A stretch of 64,000 bases of DNA from assembly GCF_026571515.1 (NCBI RefSeq), contig NW_026853286.1, positions 62,001 through 126,000 on the forward strand. Direction: 5' to 3'. Source of the DNA: Ruditapes philippinarum. Its lineage: Eukaryota. The translations under genes and the position numbers were made by a program. Positions 1 to 13,002 of the stretch are shown here, piece after piece (within the stretch, counting starts at the first letter, position 1; each line of letters begins with the position of its first letter). The notes under the pieces were generated by a model. It was given only the letters and a program-made list of their open reading frames with translations. It searched no databases and had not been told where the DNA came from.

Positions 1-2323
1 AAGTACGTCAAATATGATATTGGATATTCTAAATGACCATCATTAAAGCTAGATGATACTGACTTTGTATGTACTGTTCTATATAAGATCAATCAAAGTA
101 ATATTTTATTACTTTTTGTGCATAGTGTACAACTGGTGTAATGTTGCAATAGCATGTGATAACTTCTTCCACTTTATCTGGAACATACGTCGATACGTTA
201 TAGTACATCCCAGACTTTATTCATGCATGTATTATCAATGTATATAAGAATGGCTCTGTTTTTCAACGGATGGGTTGAGTTATTGTCGAAATGCTACTGG
301 TCATCTGAGAAAATATAAGAAAAATAATTTTAACGGCCTGACGTACGTGGATCGACTTTCTTGCAGCCAGAATATGCGGACCATTATTCGTATTGAGCTT
401 CCGTTTACGTAGATTCCATTACAATTGACTATCCGTAAATAATATATCATCGCGAGTTTACCATTTTTGGTCATTTAATAGAAACGTTTAAAACAAACAA
501 TTTGAAGTAAAGTACAAATGAACACGCATTGTTTACATTACGGCAAGTCAAATTCAGGTACGTGACAATTCGGGGGATACTAATTGACGGTCTCCGGTCT
601 TCGACGGTCCCCGGTCTCCAAAGACCGTCGAAGACCGTTAATTGTAGGAGACCGTCGATTAGTAGGTTGTAACACAAATCGACGGTCTCCAGATTATATA
701 CGTAATTAGACAGAATGACCAATAGGCAATAACACTTTTCAGTGATTTATATCAATAGTTTAGAGTGATTAACGGGTATTTTTGATTAAAAAACAAATAG
801 AGTAATAAAAAAATGAAATTTTCAATGGTTATTAATATATTTATAGAATTTAGATGTTGTGTTTGTTCAGTTGTAATTCAACAATGATCAGTTAATTGTC
901 TTAATGAAATAAATACATGTTTGACTTAATATATGTAAAAATATTCACAACAAAAGACCGTCGACGTTAGAACCGTCGATTAATAGGTTATTATACGAGA
1001 TTTATTACATAATTGGAATTTCGAAATAGGTAAAATGTGGTCAATAAGCATTTTTTTTTCTAAAAATAAAATAATCGTTAACATAAACATGTTTTTGGTT
1101 TTCTCCGTGGAAAATTTAATATAATTTGTTGAGAGCGTTCAGTTATTACATTTCGCCAATGGGTAGATGTAAATAAAATAAATAACGGATTTGACTGTTT
1201 GCGAAATGTAATATCCACCCCACACCACGAGGAGGAACTCTCTCGTGGCCCAACCTAACTTTATTAAAATAAAAAATGTGAGATAATGTATTTCAAAAAT
1301 AATTGCACATGAAAAGTTAGAAAAGTAACAAAAATATAATTAAAGAAATTTATTAGAATGGGAAAAAAATCGTCAACTTCTGTCTGGAAATAAAAATATA
1401 AAAACATAAAAAGCCTATTTTTTCCTTAATGCAAAGAAAAACGATGTTTAAAATAATCAAATCTGTTGAATTGACAAATGACCTGTTGAACTGACAAATG
1501 GAAAAGGCAAAATTAATGGTTTACGAAATATACAAAATGCAAATATAAACAAAAAAACACACAATTAAAGGCAATGTAAATAAAATTAAACCAGCTAATA
1601 AATTTCAAATTACGAAGTACATAAGTGAAAATAAAACATAATACACATTTATGCAATCAATTTATGGAATAATGTAAAAAAGTGAGAGAATAGTTTATAA
1701 TAAATTTTGCAATTTTGCACAAGAAAAGTTAAACAAACTACAAAAAAAATATTTCAGAAATTTATTAGAATCGATTTCTTAATAGCACAATTTTGGTTTT
1801 AAAAATCTGTTAATACCAGCTAATGTGAAGAAAATAAACATTACGCCGCCTGTCAATCAAGCTGGCAGGGGTCACAGAGATAAGCTAATCAGCGATCGTT
1901 ATCAGTTTCACGCTAAGATGCCTGCGAAATCCACCATTTTCCTTTCTAAGACAATGGTGCATTAATTGAAAGTATTTTAATTTTCTGTCAATTTAAAGCT
2001 ACAAATCGGTATATTTATTCAGGTATCAAATGTAATGATAGATCGAGAAAGTTAGTTTATAAACAAAAGTCAATAATTATCTACAAATGGAAATAATATC
2101 TTCTGTTGCAGGTACGAAACATTTATCCTGGCTATAACACAATGCTTTTCGCACATAAAACCCGAAAAATGATTTAAGATTTCATTGTCACTAACATAAT
2201 TTTCTGTTTTTGTTTCGCTACTCAATTTCAAAATCTAAGGATCCTAACATAATCATATATTTTTCTACATATAATCTCTATTTGAATTTTTAGATATGAT
2301 GATATTTTGTCAGTTTAGGTATA

Positions 2324-2425
2324 GGTTAAAGTTTACAAGTACGTATTTACAAAATTGAATGTTCAGGAGCGGCACAGCCGCGCGACCAATTTAATTTTGT
2401 AAATACGTACTTATGAATTTTAACC
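2324..2425. repeat. ~100-bp imperfect palindrome (MITE-like core)
   Basis: GGTTAAAGTTTACAAGTACGTATTTACAAAATT ... AATTTTGTAAATACGTACTTATGAATTTTAACC, with central GCGGCACAGCCGC. Confidence 0.55.
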
Positions 2426-4506
2426 GGCTGAGTGTTTAAAATAATTTTTATGAACAGTCGATTTACTAGACTGATTAACAGTTGGCCGATTTACCAAAGT
2501 AAATGTGTTATGATTCATTTGAAATTCTGCAATACTATCGGGCAAAAAATAATTTCAAACACTAAGATGTTCATTGAAGTCAACAAAATATAACACGATC
2601 TTTGCAAAATGCGTCATTAATACATGAATGCAGATATTTTTTACATTTTTAAAATACCATAATACACCTATACATTGAATAATACTATTCAGTAAATCCA
2701 TTAAAAGCATCAAAATTTTATTTATACAAAAATATATAAGCAACATTAGTGGCATAACGTTACAGTTTTGCGAAAACATCGGTACCGTATTTTGTCTAAT
2801 GTTCTAACTGACCAAGTCACGTAAATCAGTGGATCAAAGGATCGATCCTTTCTCTGGCAAAGTACATAAGTGAAAATACAACATGAACATTGTAGACATT
2901 TATGCAATCAATTATGGAATAATGTTAATAGCAAAGAATTATGTATACAGATCGAATATTGCATGGCAAAATATCAATACTATTTCCTGAAAGGTCTTAT
3001 GTTTATTAGACAATTTGCACAAAAAAGTATTTTATAAATAACACATGATACATATACTGTCTCTCCGGATTAGTTAAATACTTCAAAAGATCAGTTATTT
3101 AAGAATTGTAATAAACATATACATAAATATCACATTATATTACATATAAAAATAATAAAGAAGAAGAAAAAGAACATTTTGACTAAAATTACATAGTTTC
3201 TCGTAATAAACATATACACAAATATACAGTACATATTCAATTTAATGTTTATTTGGTTTATTGATATTATTGTTGAATGTTATAAATGAAGATGAAAGTA
3301 ATAATTCTTGTGACACATTTGATTCAAATGTAATTTGATTATCAATGCTGAAAATAAACATGCTTAAAAGCCCATTATGCACCAGAAATGTTTTCATTTA
3401 TATATTTCAGAATCATGACATTTTCCCCACACTTTTATAGTTTCCAACATGTCACTCTTTCGCCAATTACCTGACCTGTCGTCTTCATCGGCTCCTTTTT
3501 TATAGTGTCTTAGTATTTCGTATTTTGTATGGAATTCAAAATATTACCTTTTTACATTTTGCTACTTTTATAACATTTTACATTTAGCGCTATTTTCTTC
3601 AGATGACAAACATTTTGCATGCTCTAAAACTATTATTTAAACGATAAACTAATGTTTGACCTTTCTAAAGAAGTATTTTTGTTTATTTCTGAAGTATATT
3701 GTGCAAAAGCTAACAAGGTTTTGTGCCATACCAGCGTGCCTGTCCATCGCCATGCATATGTTTGTGGGGCAGTTGGTAACATATGTTACCTCTGCTATTT
3801 CCTCAATCATATACATAGCACGAACATTTCAAACATTAGTCCTCAAAGTGGCAATCCGCTCTCAGACATTTGTATTATAAGCATTATTATTTAATATATT
3901 TGTTAAAAAGTGGTAAGTTTATATTTGTTATATTTATTACTACCACAACCTTCGGCTATTTCCGTATGTGTTTGATCGTGCGGAATTGTAATTACGTACG
4001 CGATGTTGTTTGTTTATGTGTACTTCCACTAATTTACTGTCGATGAAAAAAGTAAAGTGCATATTTTGAATTTCAGCTGTATTGTCAATATTTATATATT
4101 TTTTAAAGTAAACATTCAACGTTACTTATAAACTTAAGCCATAAATTAAACTCTGCCCTTTCTAAGCCAGTAAAAATTTATTAATGATCGTTTCATGTAC
4201 ATAAATTAATAACACGAGACCGTCGATTCGTATAGTAACCTACTAATCGACGGTCTCCTACAATCAACGGTCTTTGGAGACATAACCATACCACGAGACC
4301 GTCGATATTTATGAAACTACTAATCGACGGTCTCTCTCCATTGACGGTCTTCGAGAGTCTTTAGAATATATACAATTGTGCGTAAACTAACACATTTTTA
4401 TAGATTTTTAAATTAAAAATATCGAGATTATACTACTTCTTATAATAATAATATAGAGGGAGTTCATGTAACATAAAATCTTAGACCTTAAACAAGAACA
4501 AAAAGA

Positions 4507-4700
4507 GGGGAGCGGTGGCCTAGTGGTTAAGGTGTCTGCCTCTCAACCCAGAGATCATGGGTTCGAGCCCTACTCGGGTCACGACCATGTTTCTCCATAT
4601 GACACCAGTACTGGTTGGTTCCAGGAAGCGGACTCGAAAGTGATTAATATAAGTTGCAAGAACTTGTTTCGCAATCGAGCTTAAATAAATATGTTTAAAC
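4507..4700 (+). mobile_element. tRNA-derived SINE
   Basis: A box TGGCCTAGTGG, B box GGTTCGAGCCC, AT-rich tail and probable TSD CAAAAAGA. The paralogous internal duplicate at ~6120-6185 lacks the insert (empty site). Confidence 0.8.
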
Positions 4701-6776
4701 CAAAAAGAAAAAGGAAAAGAATAAAGAGAGAAAAAACATGGTTTTGCTTATTGACCGGCTAAATTAATTAATAACTATATAATATCCATTAAATTCATGT
4801 ATAATCACGAGACCGTCGATTTGTGTAGTAACCTACTAATCGACGGTCTCCACGAGACCGTCGATATATCAAACCACTGTAGACTATAATCGACGGTCTC
4901 TCCCTGTTGACGGTCTTCGGCGGTCTTAGACAATTGTGTGCAAACTTACAAATTAACATTTTTTTCTGTTTAAATAATTCTGAGTATACTATTATTACTT
5001 ATACAAGTGATAATATTATCGATGAAGTTGATATTTTAAAAAAATACAAATAAAAAACACTCATAAATACAAAAAGGGGAAATCTGGAAAAATAACAATG
5101 ATCTATCAATTAATTGAGTCATCAAAATAAATCATATTAATTATATTATATCATTTTTTTAAGGAATATCTTATTTGCTTTTTTTACAAATCATCAAAAA
5201 AATTGACACAAATAAACTATCGTCTTAGAGAAAATGCTTATTGGCTGGCTACATAAATTAATAACACGAGACCGTCGATTCGTATAGTAACCTACTAATC
5301 GACGGTCTCCTACAACCAACGGTCTTTGGAGACATAACCATACCACGAGACCGTTTCCTGCAGGTAACATTTTTAATGATATATTTCATATAACTATTTT
5401 CAACATTGTTTGGGGGAAAATAAACATTTGTTGACAATAATAAGGTCTTTGGAGACTTGTGAACGTTGAAGACCAGAGACCGGAGAAAGTCGAAAATAAA
5501 ACAATTATTTCTTTTTAAGAAAATGATTACATACCATTGTATGAATAATTCCATGTAAAAAAGGGAAAACACACACGTGTACGCAGAAAATATCACTTTT
5601 TATTATGGCAGCTGCCACTAAGAATGTTTTAATTTTGTAGATTTTCACTGTAAAATTTGAGATACACATGTAGATATTAAAGAAACATTGATAATTTTCA
5701 AATACATCATGCCAGTATTTTCACCTTAAATGGTAAAATAATTATAGTATATTAGAAATATCACGTAATAGTTTTATGTTCTTAATTAGGTGTAATTCGG
5801 ACTAATTGACCCTAGAGGTAAATCCGTAACCTACCGGGCAAACGGTATTTAGCTAGGTTTTCGAAAAGGTCAATTAACCAATCATGTACGGTGTACAGAT
5901 CACATGCTCCTCCATGTACCGAAAACAGGTCACGTGCTCCTCCATGCCTCAAAAATAAAACGCGTACCAATACCCTGCGGGCTTCGGTCCGCAGGGAATA
6001 ATTGCATTGTGCGTAAACTAACACATTTTTATAGATTTTTACATTAAAAAAAAAATCGAGATTATACTACTACTTATAATAATAATATAGAGGGAGTTCA
6101 TGTAACATAAAATCTTGGACCTAAACAAGAAAATAAAAAATAAAAAAAAATAAAAAGGAAAAGAAAAAAAGAGAGAGAAACACATGGACCTTAAACAAGA
6201 AAATAAAAAAATAACAAAAAAAAAAAAAAAAAAAAAAAAACAGAAAAAGGAAAAGATAAAAGAGAGAAAAAACATATACCATGAGACCGTCGATATCTAT
6301 AAACTACAAATCGACGGCCTCTCCCCATTGACGGTCTTCGAATGTCTTTAGAATATATACAAATGTGCATAAACTCACAAATTTATGTATGTACATGTAT
6401 TTTTTAAGCTAAAACATCGAAATTATACTACTGATACTAATTACTACTTTTACTAATGATATAAATAAAAATATTAGACATTAATATTTATTAATAAATT
6501 TAATAGCATTTTATATTCCAATATATTTCATTGTCTTAAAAAAAAAAATATTTTTTTTTTTTTAAAAATGGCATGTAAATTATTTATCTTATTCATTTTT
6601 AAATCGTATTTGCTATTTTACAAATTATAGAAAAAAAATACTGAAATCAATAAATTATCATCTTAGAGAATTTGCTTATTGACCGGCTAAATTAATTAAT
6701 TACTATATAATATCCATTAAATTAATGTATAATCACGAGACCGTCGATTAGTATAGTAACCTGCTAATCAACCGTC

Positions 6777-6921
6777 NNNNNNNNNNNNNNNNNNNNNNNN
6801 NNNNNNNNNNNNNNNNNNNNNNNNNNNNNNNNNNNNNNNNNNNNNNNNNNNNNNNNNNNNNNNNNNNNNNNNNNNNNNNNNNNNNNNNNNNNNNNNNNNN
6901 NNNNNNNNNNNNNNNNNNNNN
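6777..6921. other. Assembly gap (145 N)
   Basis: Run of N inside the repetitive right arm of the 572-7248 element. Confidence 0.99.
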
Positions 6922-9900
6922 NTAAGACCTTGTTATTTCAATATATTTCATTGTTAATTTGTTTATCTAATTTGCTGCATATCAATATCCTTATTTCCCC
7001 ATATTTTTTATATTTTTCCCTTTTTATCTAATCATTTCTTCCCCCACTAATATCCTTAAATATTGACATAAATAAAGTATCGTCGTAAAAAATTGACCTA
7101 TTATTAATTATTTCTAAATTATTCTTATCAATTCATCGCGAGACCGTCGATTTGTGTTATAACCTACTAATCAATCGACGGTCTTCGACGGTCTTTGGAG
7201 ACCGTCAAAGACCGTCGATTTTGTGGAGACCGTCGATTAGTATGCCCCTTGGACACCACACCATAAAAGTAAGCTACACGGATTTTCCTGTCTAAAAATA
7301 AAAATATCGGTCTGAACCTACAATTTTAGCAGAGGTAAGAAGTGAGCGATAGTGGAACATTCGACCGATGCGCAGGAGAGTAGGCAATCACTTAACCGTC
7401 TGTGCTATTGCTATTAATTCTCGTAAAATCAAAAGGGGAGTGAATATTTAAATGAGTGCTATAATGTATTCATAAATGACAGGTCAATCAATGCGGGTCA
7501 ACGAATGAAAATAAAACTGACATAGATCGCGCATAATCATTTAGTTGCAAAAGTTTTGATTGAGATAAGTAACAGAATATATATTTTAATGATTTCTTGA
7601 AGAACTGAAAGATGTTTACTGACTATTAAATCTAACAACAGTGTTGCCGATAAAGTTTCCGTACGTTAAAATGATCGACAGTTAAATGGTCAAACGGTCG
7701 CTAATTAAGTCTCAAGCAAAGGAATAGCCTATGCAAATATAAAAATGATAAATTCAAGTAGTTTTCAGAAAGTTTTAAGATAATTGAAGTGCAGGTGTAA
7801 AAATAAAAGAAAAAATCCCACCTGATTGAAATCCATAATCAAAGCTGTTTGACCAGTTCCGGTGCAATTCCTGCATACAAATTAACAAATTGTCGATATA
7901 AACAAATGTCCCTGATTTTTAACTCCAAACCAAACAATTATTGTAAAAAATCGTCTTTTTGCTCGAGTAAGAAAAATTCTTTATTTATAAGGATTCATGA
8001 TCAGTACTACGGAGTGCTTACCGGAGTGTGGCCACAAATTCCAAAAGGCCCTGCATGAGATATAATATATATATGTGGCCACTTTTTTCAGACAGAATGA
8101 AAAAAACACAGTTACTGATGTATCTCGAGGAATAAAGCTTAATGACATAGCATGGCTACTTGCAGGTCACGTTTCAAGATCTATGGCTAAAACATGTCAG
8201 AAAATTATTTGAATCAGGTGGATTTATTCAATACAGTTACAGATTCTCGACATATTCAAGATATACTTAAGTGTTTCATTTTACTTTGAACAGTTACTTA
8301 CGTGAGGCAATGAACAATAGCATATTTTCATAGATAGATTGTATACATTGTATATTTAGATGATATTAAATATTTATAAACCTCGTAAATACTGGACTTG
8401 GTCAATTTCTACTGTCCAACTTCACCCGTCCACAGACTTCTTAGATATGACCTACTCATTTCAAAATTCTTAGCCGATTTTTAGCTGACGTTCCTCCCGA
8501 AACTTGTATAAGGGCTACTTTTACCCGTGCCGGTTTGGTATAGGGCCGAGTTGGTTTTTTACCTGATAATTCCTCCAGGACCATACAGAATATGGTCTTT
8601 GGAACTGGTCAAATTAAGCTGTTTACGGCGTATATGAGCTAACGTGTATGGTGTCGGGGTGGGAGTGGGTGTAGGGGACAGAGAGCCTTAAATCAAAGCC
8701 GTTAAATATGCAACTTATCGTTCTGATTGATTTATTGCCCTTTGTATATGTCTTATAAGAATACCTCCATATTTTTACATTTACATGTATTTTGATGTGG
8801 TATACTTGAAATCTTATTGTGAATAAGTATGACCATACTTCATAAATTAATATTATCTTTTTGTACCATAAAATTGTACAATAAATTATCATACATGTAT
8901 AGCAAAAATCTTTGCAAGAAATTCACGTTTGTGCAACGTTACACAAATGTTTGTCGATAAAATGTATCAAAAGTAAATCGAATCTTGATGAATTGCCGCA
9001 GATGCAAGCGCTCTTTACCTTATATAGTAGCAGTCTTAGAGATACAAAGTCGGAAAAACACACATCAAACTGTCCAAAATAAGGAAGATGTGAGTGGAAA
9101 CTATTCAAAATAGTCATAAGGTACAATATTTGAATAAGCTTAAAAACAAAAAAACAACAACAAAATCTTTAAATCTGAAATTTTCGCAATAAAATTAAAA
9201 TCCTGCTTCTCAAATAGGTTTACCCTTTTACTTTAAATTAGAAAGTGTTTGCTGTCTTGTTACAAATCAACATGTGAATTAAACGTCTTTAAATATCATT
9301 CCTTTCAGTTCCGGCAATCTGGAAGAGAAGTGGCAATGCAGATAGATGCTATGGAGTGCCGTCTTCCGAATGCCGGGCATGCCAGGAGAGAACACGAGAC
9401 CAGTCACCCACATCAGGATAATATGCATGTACCAGGATCTCGACAGCATTGCTAATGTGCTTTCATCGTCACCGGAAGAAAACTTTGTTTCTAGTTATTT
9501 ATTTTTGCTTATTTGTAATGAGTTTATGTATTAATCGGCCATTTTGGACATCGGGAAGAAAGAAAAACGGTGTTAAGTATGCCAAATATCATGTTAATAG
9601 CGTACGCATGTGATCGTATTCTATTTAAGTCAACGTGCAGAAAATCAAATAATTTTATTACAGATAGTGGGAAGTATGAACCATTTGAAGAAGACTTATA
9701 AAGGATAATATGATAAAGCTGTGAGAAGGAGCGAATTGATGCAAATTATGAAACACCAATCCTGGTGTAACTGAAGAACAAAAGGAGCATAAATGCACTG
9801 TACAGCGAAGGGTACCACATGAATAAGTCGATTTATGGGATTTTCTTCTTTTTTTAACTAAGATCATGGACGGAATAGGATGTTCGCCCGGACAGACGGA

Positions 9901-10789
9901 CGGACGAACGGTTCAATTACACAAATTAAAACCGTTCGGATTCTGTATTCATGTGTGAATTAACCTCTCATGTGGCTTAAAGCATCTCGTAATAATTATC
10001 CCGCTGCTGTCGTGAAACACTATGTCACAGGTCATTTTTTCTTTTTTAGAATATTTCATAACCATACTCTACTTATCACTCTCGTCATTTATTCATCTCG
10101 TACAAATCACTTCATTGTAACACGTTGACGGGCCTCAGTTACTATTAATATCCATAAGTTGCTGGACCACATTGGCTATATCTTAACACTTCAGGAACAA
10201 AATATCCCAACACTTGAGTGTATACAATGGCACAGTCTAAACGCTCACAATAATTATAGAGAAAGAGCGAAACACGGACGATATAAATAGCAGATGGTTA
10301 ATTTGGATAATAATCAAATTGGATATAATGGCACGTGTTTTAATGTACAATAAGATTCCGTGATAATGGAAATCTGATAAATTAAGTTAATAGTGCTTTG
10401 AAAGAATTAAAAAAAAAGATTGAATTTTATGTCACTTTTATTACGTTTTATTATAGATATATTTATATTTTATATGATAATTCATGTTTGTTACTCCATT
10501 ATCCTTCAAAAATAACTTTCTTTGTATAAATATTGCAATAAATGGTAAGGGTAGTTAGACTTCTTACGTCTTCATCTAAAACTATTCTTACGTGCATATA
10601 TAGGACACCCGCGGACGATAAAGAAAGTAAACAGACAAAAAAAACATAAAGTAAAATAACAATGGCGATACAGTTGTAAATGATATATTACAAACGAAAT
10701 ATAATTAAATACTTACATATGTTTACATTTTATTTTGCTGAACAAGCATATATGTCTTGTCAAGACGTGTATAATGACTCATTTAGTGT

Positions 10790-12457
10790 TCTCTTGAAAG
10801 TGGATTTCAACATATAGGCCAGATATATGTATTATGACTCTCAAATGTTGAGATTTCAACACAGACACAAGATATATGTAATATGTCTCTCAAGTGTTGG
10901 GATTTTAACATCTAGACATGATATTTCTATAATGACCCTCAAATGTTGGGATTTCAACATGTAGACCAGATATATGTATTATGTCTCTCAAGTGTTAAGA
11001 TTTAAACATATTGACACGATGTATGTATGAGGTCTCTGAAGTGTTGGGATTTCAACATGCAGACAAGATATATGTATTATATCTCTCAAGTGTTGGGATT
11101 TCAACACATACACATGATATATGTATTACGTCTATCAAGTCTTGGGATTTTAACGTCTAGACAAGATATTTCTATAATGTCCCTCAAGTGTTGGAATTTC
11201 AACATATACAGTAGACATGATATATGTATTATGTCTCTCAAGTGTTGGGATTTTAATGTGTAGACAAGATATTTCTATAATGACCCTCAAGTGTTGGGAT
11301 TTCAACATGAAGACAAGATATAATTATAATTAGTCTCAAATGTTGGGATTTTAACATCTAGACATGACATTTCTATAATGTCCCACAAGTGTTGGGATTT
11401 CAACATGTAAACAAGATATATGTATTATGTCTCTCAAGTCTTGGGATTTTAACGTCCAGACAAGATATTTCTATAATGTCCCTCAAGTGTTGGGATTTCA
11501 ACATATAAACAAGATATATGTATTATGTCTCTCAACTGTTGGGATTTTAACGTCTAAACATGATATTTCTATAATGACCCTCAAGTGTTGGGATTTCAAC
11601 ATATAAACAAGATATATGTATTATGTCACTCAAGTGTTGGGATTTCAACACATACACATGATATATGTATTATGTCTATCAAGTCCTGGGATTTTAACGT
11701 CTAGACAAGATATTTTTATAATGTCCCTCAAGTGTTGGGATATGAACATTTAAACATGATATATGTATTTTGTCTCTTAAGTATTGGGATTTTAATGTGT
11801 AGACAAGATATTTCTATAATGTTTCCCAATTGTTGGGATTTCAACAAATAGACAAGATATATGTATTATGTCTCTAAAGTGTTGGGATTTTAATGTGTAG
11901 ACAAAATATTTCTATAATGACCCTCAAGTGTTGGGATTTCAACATATAGACATGATATATGTATTATCTCTCTCAAGTGTTGGGATTTCAACATATAAAA
12001 AAGATATATGTATTATATCTCTCAAGTGTTGAGATTTAAACATATAGACATGATATTTCTATAAAGACCCTCAAGTGTTGGGATTTCAACATATAAACAA
12101 GATATATGTATTATGTCTCTCAAGTGTTGGGATTTTAACGCCTAAACAAGATATTTCTATAATGACCCTCAAGTGTTGGGATTTCAACATATAGACAAGA
12201 TATATGTATTATGTCTCTCAAGTGTCGGGATTTTAACGTCTAGACAAGATATTTCTATAATGTCCCTCAAGTGTTGGGATTTCAACAAATAGACAAGATA
12301 TATTATATATTAATATTATATAATTAACTATTATGTCTCTCAAATGTTGGATTTCAACATACCGGTATAGACATGATATATGTATTATGTCTCTCAAGTG
12401 TTGGGATTTTAACGTCTAGGCAAGATATTTCTTTAATGACCCTCAAGGATTGGGATG
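10790..12457 (+). repeat. 49-bp satellite array (two largely alternating subtypes, ~98-bp higher-order unit)
   Basis: Unit GACAAGATATATGTATTATGTCTCTCAAGTGTTGGGATTTCAACATATA alternates with the variant ..ATATTTCTATAATGACCCTCAAG..; spacing is 49 bp (e.g. 10891 to 10940). Confidence 0.95.
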
Positions 12458-12542
12458 TCCAACACTTGAGGGTCATTAAACATATATGTTTAGACATTAA
12501 AATCCCAACACTTCAAAGACATAATACATACATACATATATG
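12458..12542 (-). repeat. Same 49-bp satellite in reverse orientation (start of right arm, cut by the Ngaro insertion)
   Basis: CCAACACTTGAGGGTCATT..AATCCCAACACTTCAAAGACATAATACATA is the reverse complement of the unit. Confidence 0.85.
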
Positions 12543-12654
12543 TATTTTATAGATAGATAAAATATTTTATGTCATTGTTGAACAATCAGTAAATCAAACC
12601 GACTCTTAATGTAGGTTAAACTAGTAAATCAAACTGACTCTCAATGTATATTTG

Positions 12655-12782
12655 GCATTGGCCAATCTGAGAGCACCCTTAACGTCACGTGCTCTCTAAC
12701 AACCAATCAATCAACGGCATCGGCCTTTCTGGAAAAAATTTTAGAAGGGAAAAGCACGCTACATCTGCTCTGCTATAATTTT
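12655..12782 (+). promoter_or_regulatory. Candidate Pol II promoter in the A1 repeat
   Basis: Two CCAAT boxes (~12663, ~12703), an ACGTCACGTG CRE/E-box (12682) and TATA-like CTATAATT (12774), ~230 bp upstream of the SGNH ATG. Motif-level evidence only. Confidence 0.4.
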
Positions 12783-13002
12783 AAATTTACAAGTTTTCAC
12801 ACATTGTTACGTCTGGAAGTTAACGGTAAAACGTTACATTCATCCTTCTTTAACTTTTGCATATAAAATCGCTGCAACACGGATGTTCTTAATTTAGGAA
12901 ATTGGATGAGTTTGTATTTTCATTGTGCACAACGAGTGACGTCATCCTTTGAGGCTTTGTGTGATAACAGTGCCTTTGTGATATAACAGTGCCTGATTCA
13001 AT

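Larger units (their letters stand above)
572..7248. mobile_element. Non-autonomous DNA transposon / foldback-like element with ~110-bp imperfect TIRs and many internal GAGACCGTCGA..TCGACGGTCTC hairpins
   Basis: Left end GGGGGATACTAATTGACGGTCTCC..TAGTAGGTTGTAACACAAATCGACGGTCTC (572-689) matches the reverse complement of 7140-7248 (GGGGCATACTAATCGACGGTCTCC..TAGTAGGTTATAACACAAATCGACGGTCTC). There are internal direct duplications (4198-4300 vs 5250-5355; 4375-4500 vs 6005-6135; 4745-4850 vs 6673-6776). No transposase ORF and no clear TSD (TTC/TTG). Confidence 0.7.

Noticed and set aside
4216-7248. GAGACC/GGTCTC (BsaI) sites as cloning or synthetic scars
   Set aside because: They belong to a naturally diverged repeat with mismatched copies and a SINE insertion, and no vector sequence is present.
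11027-11263. Repetitive ORFs (also 23929-24177, 23672-23854, 6039-6275)
   Set aside because: Translations of satellite, (TA)n or poly-A tracts.
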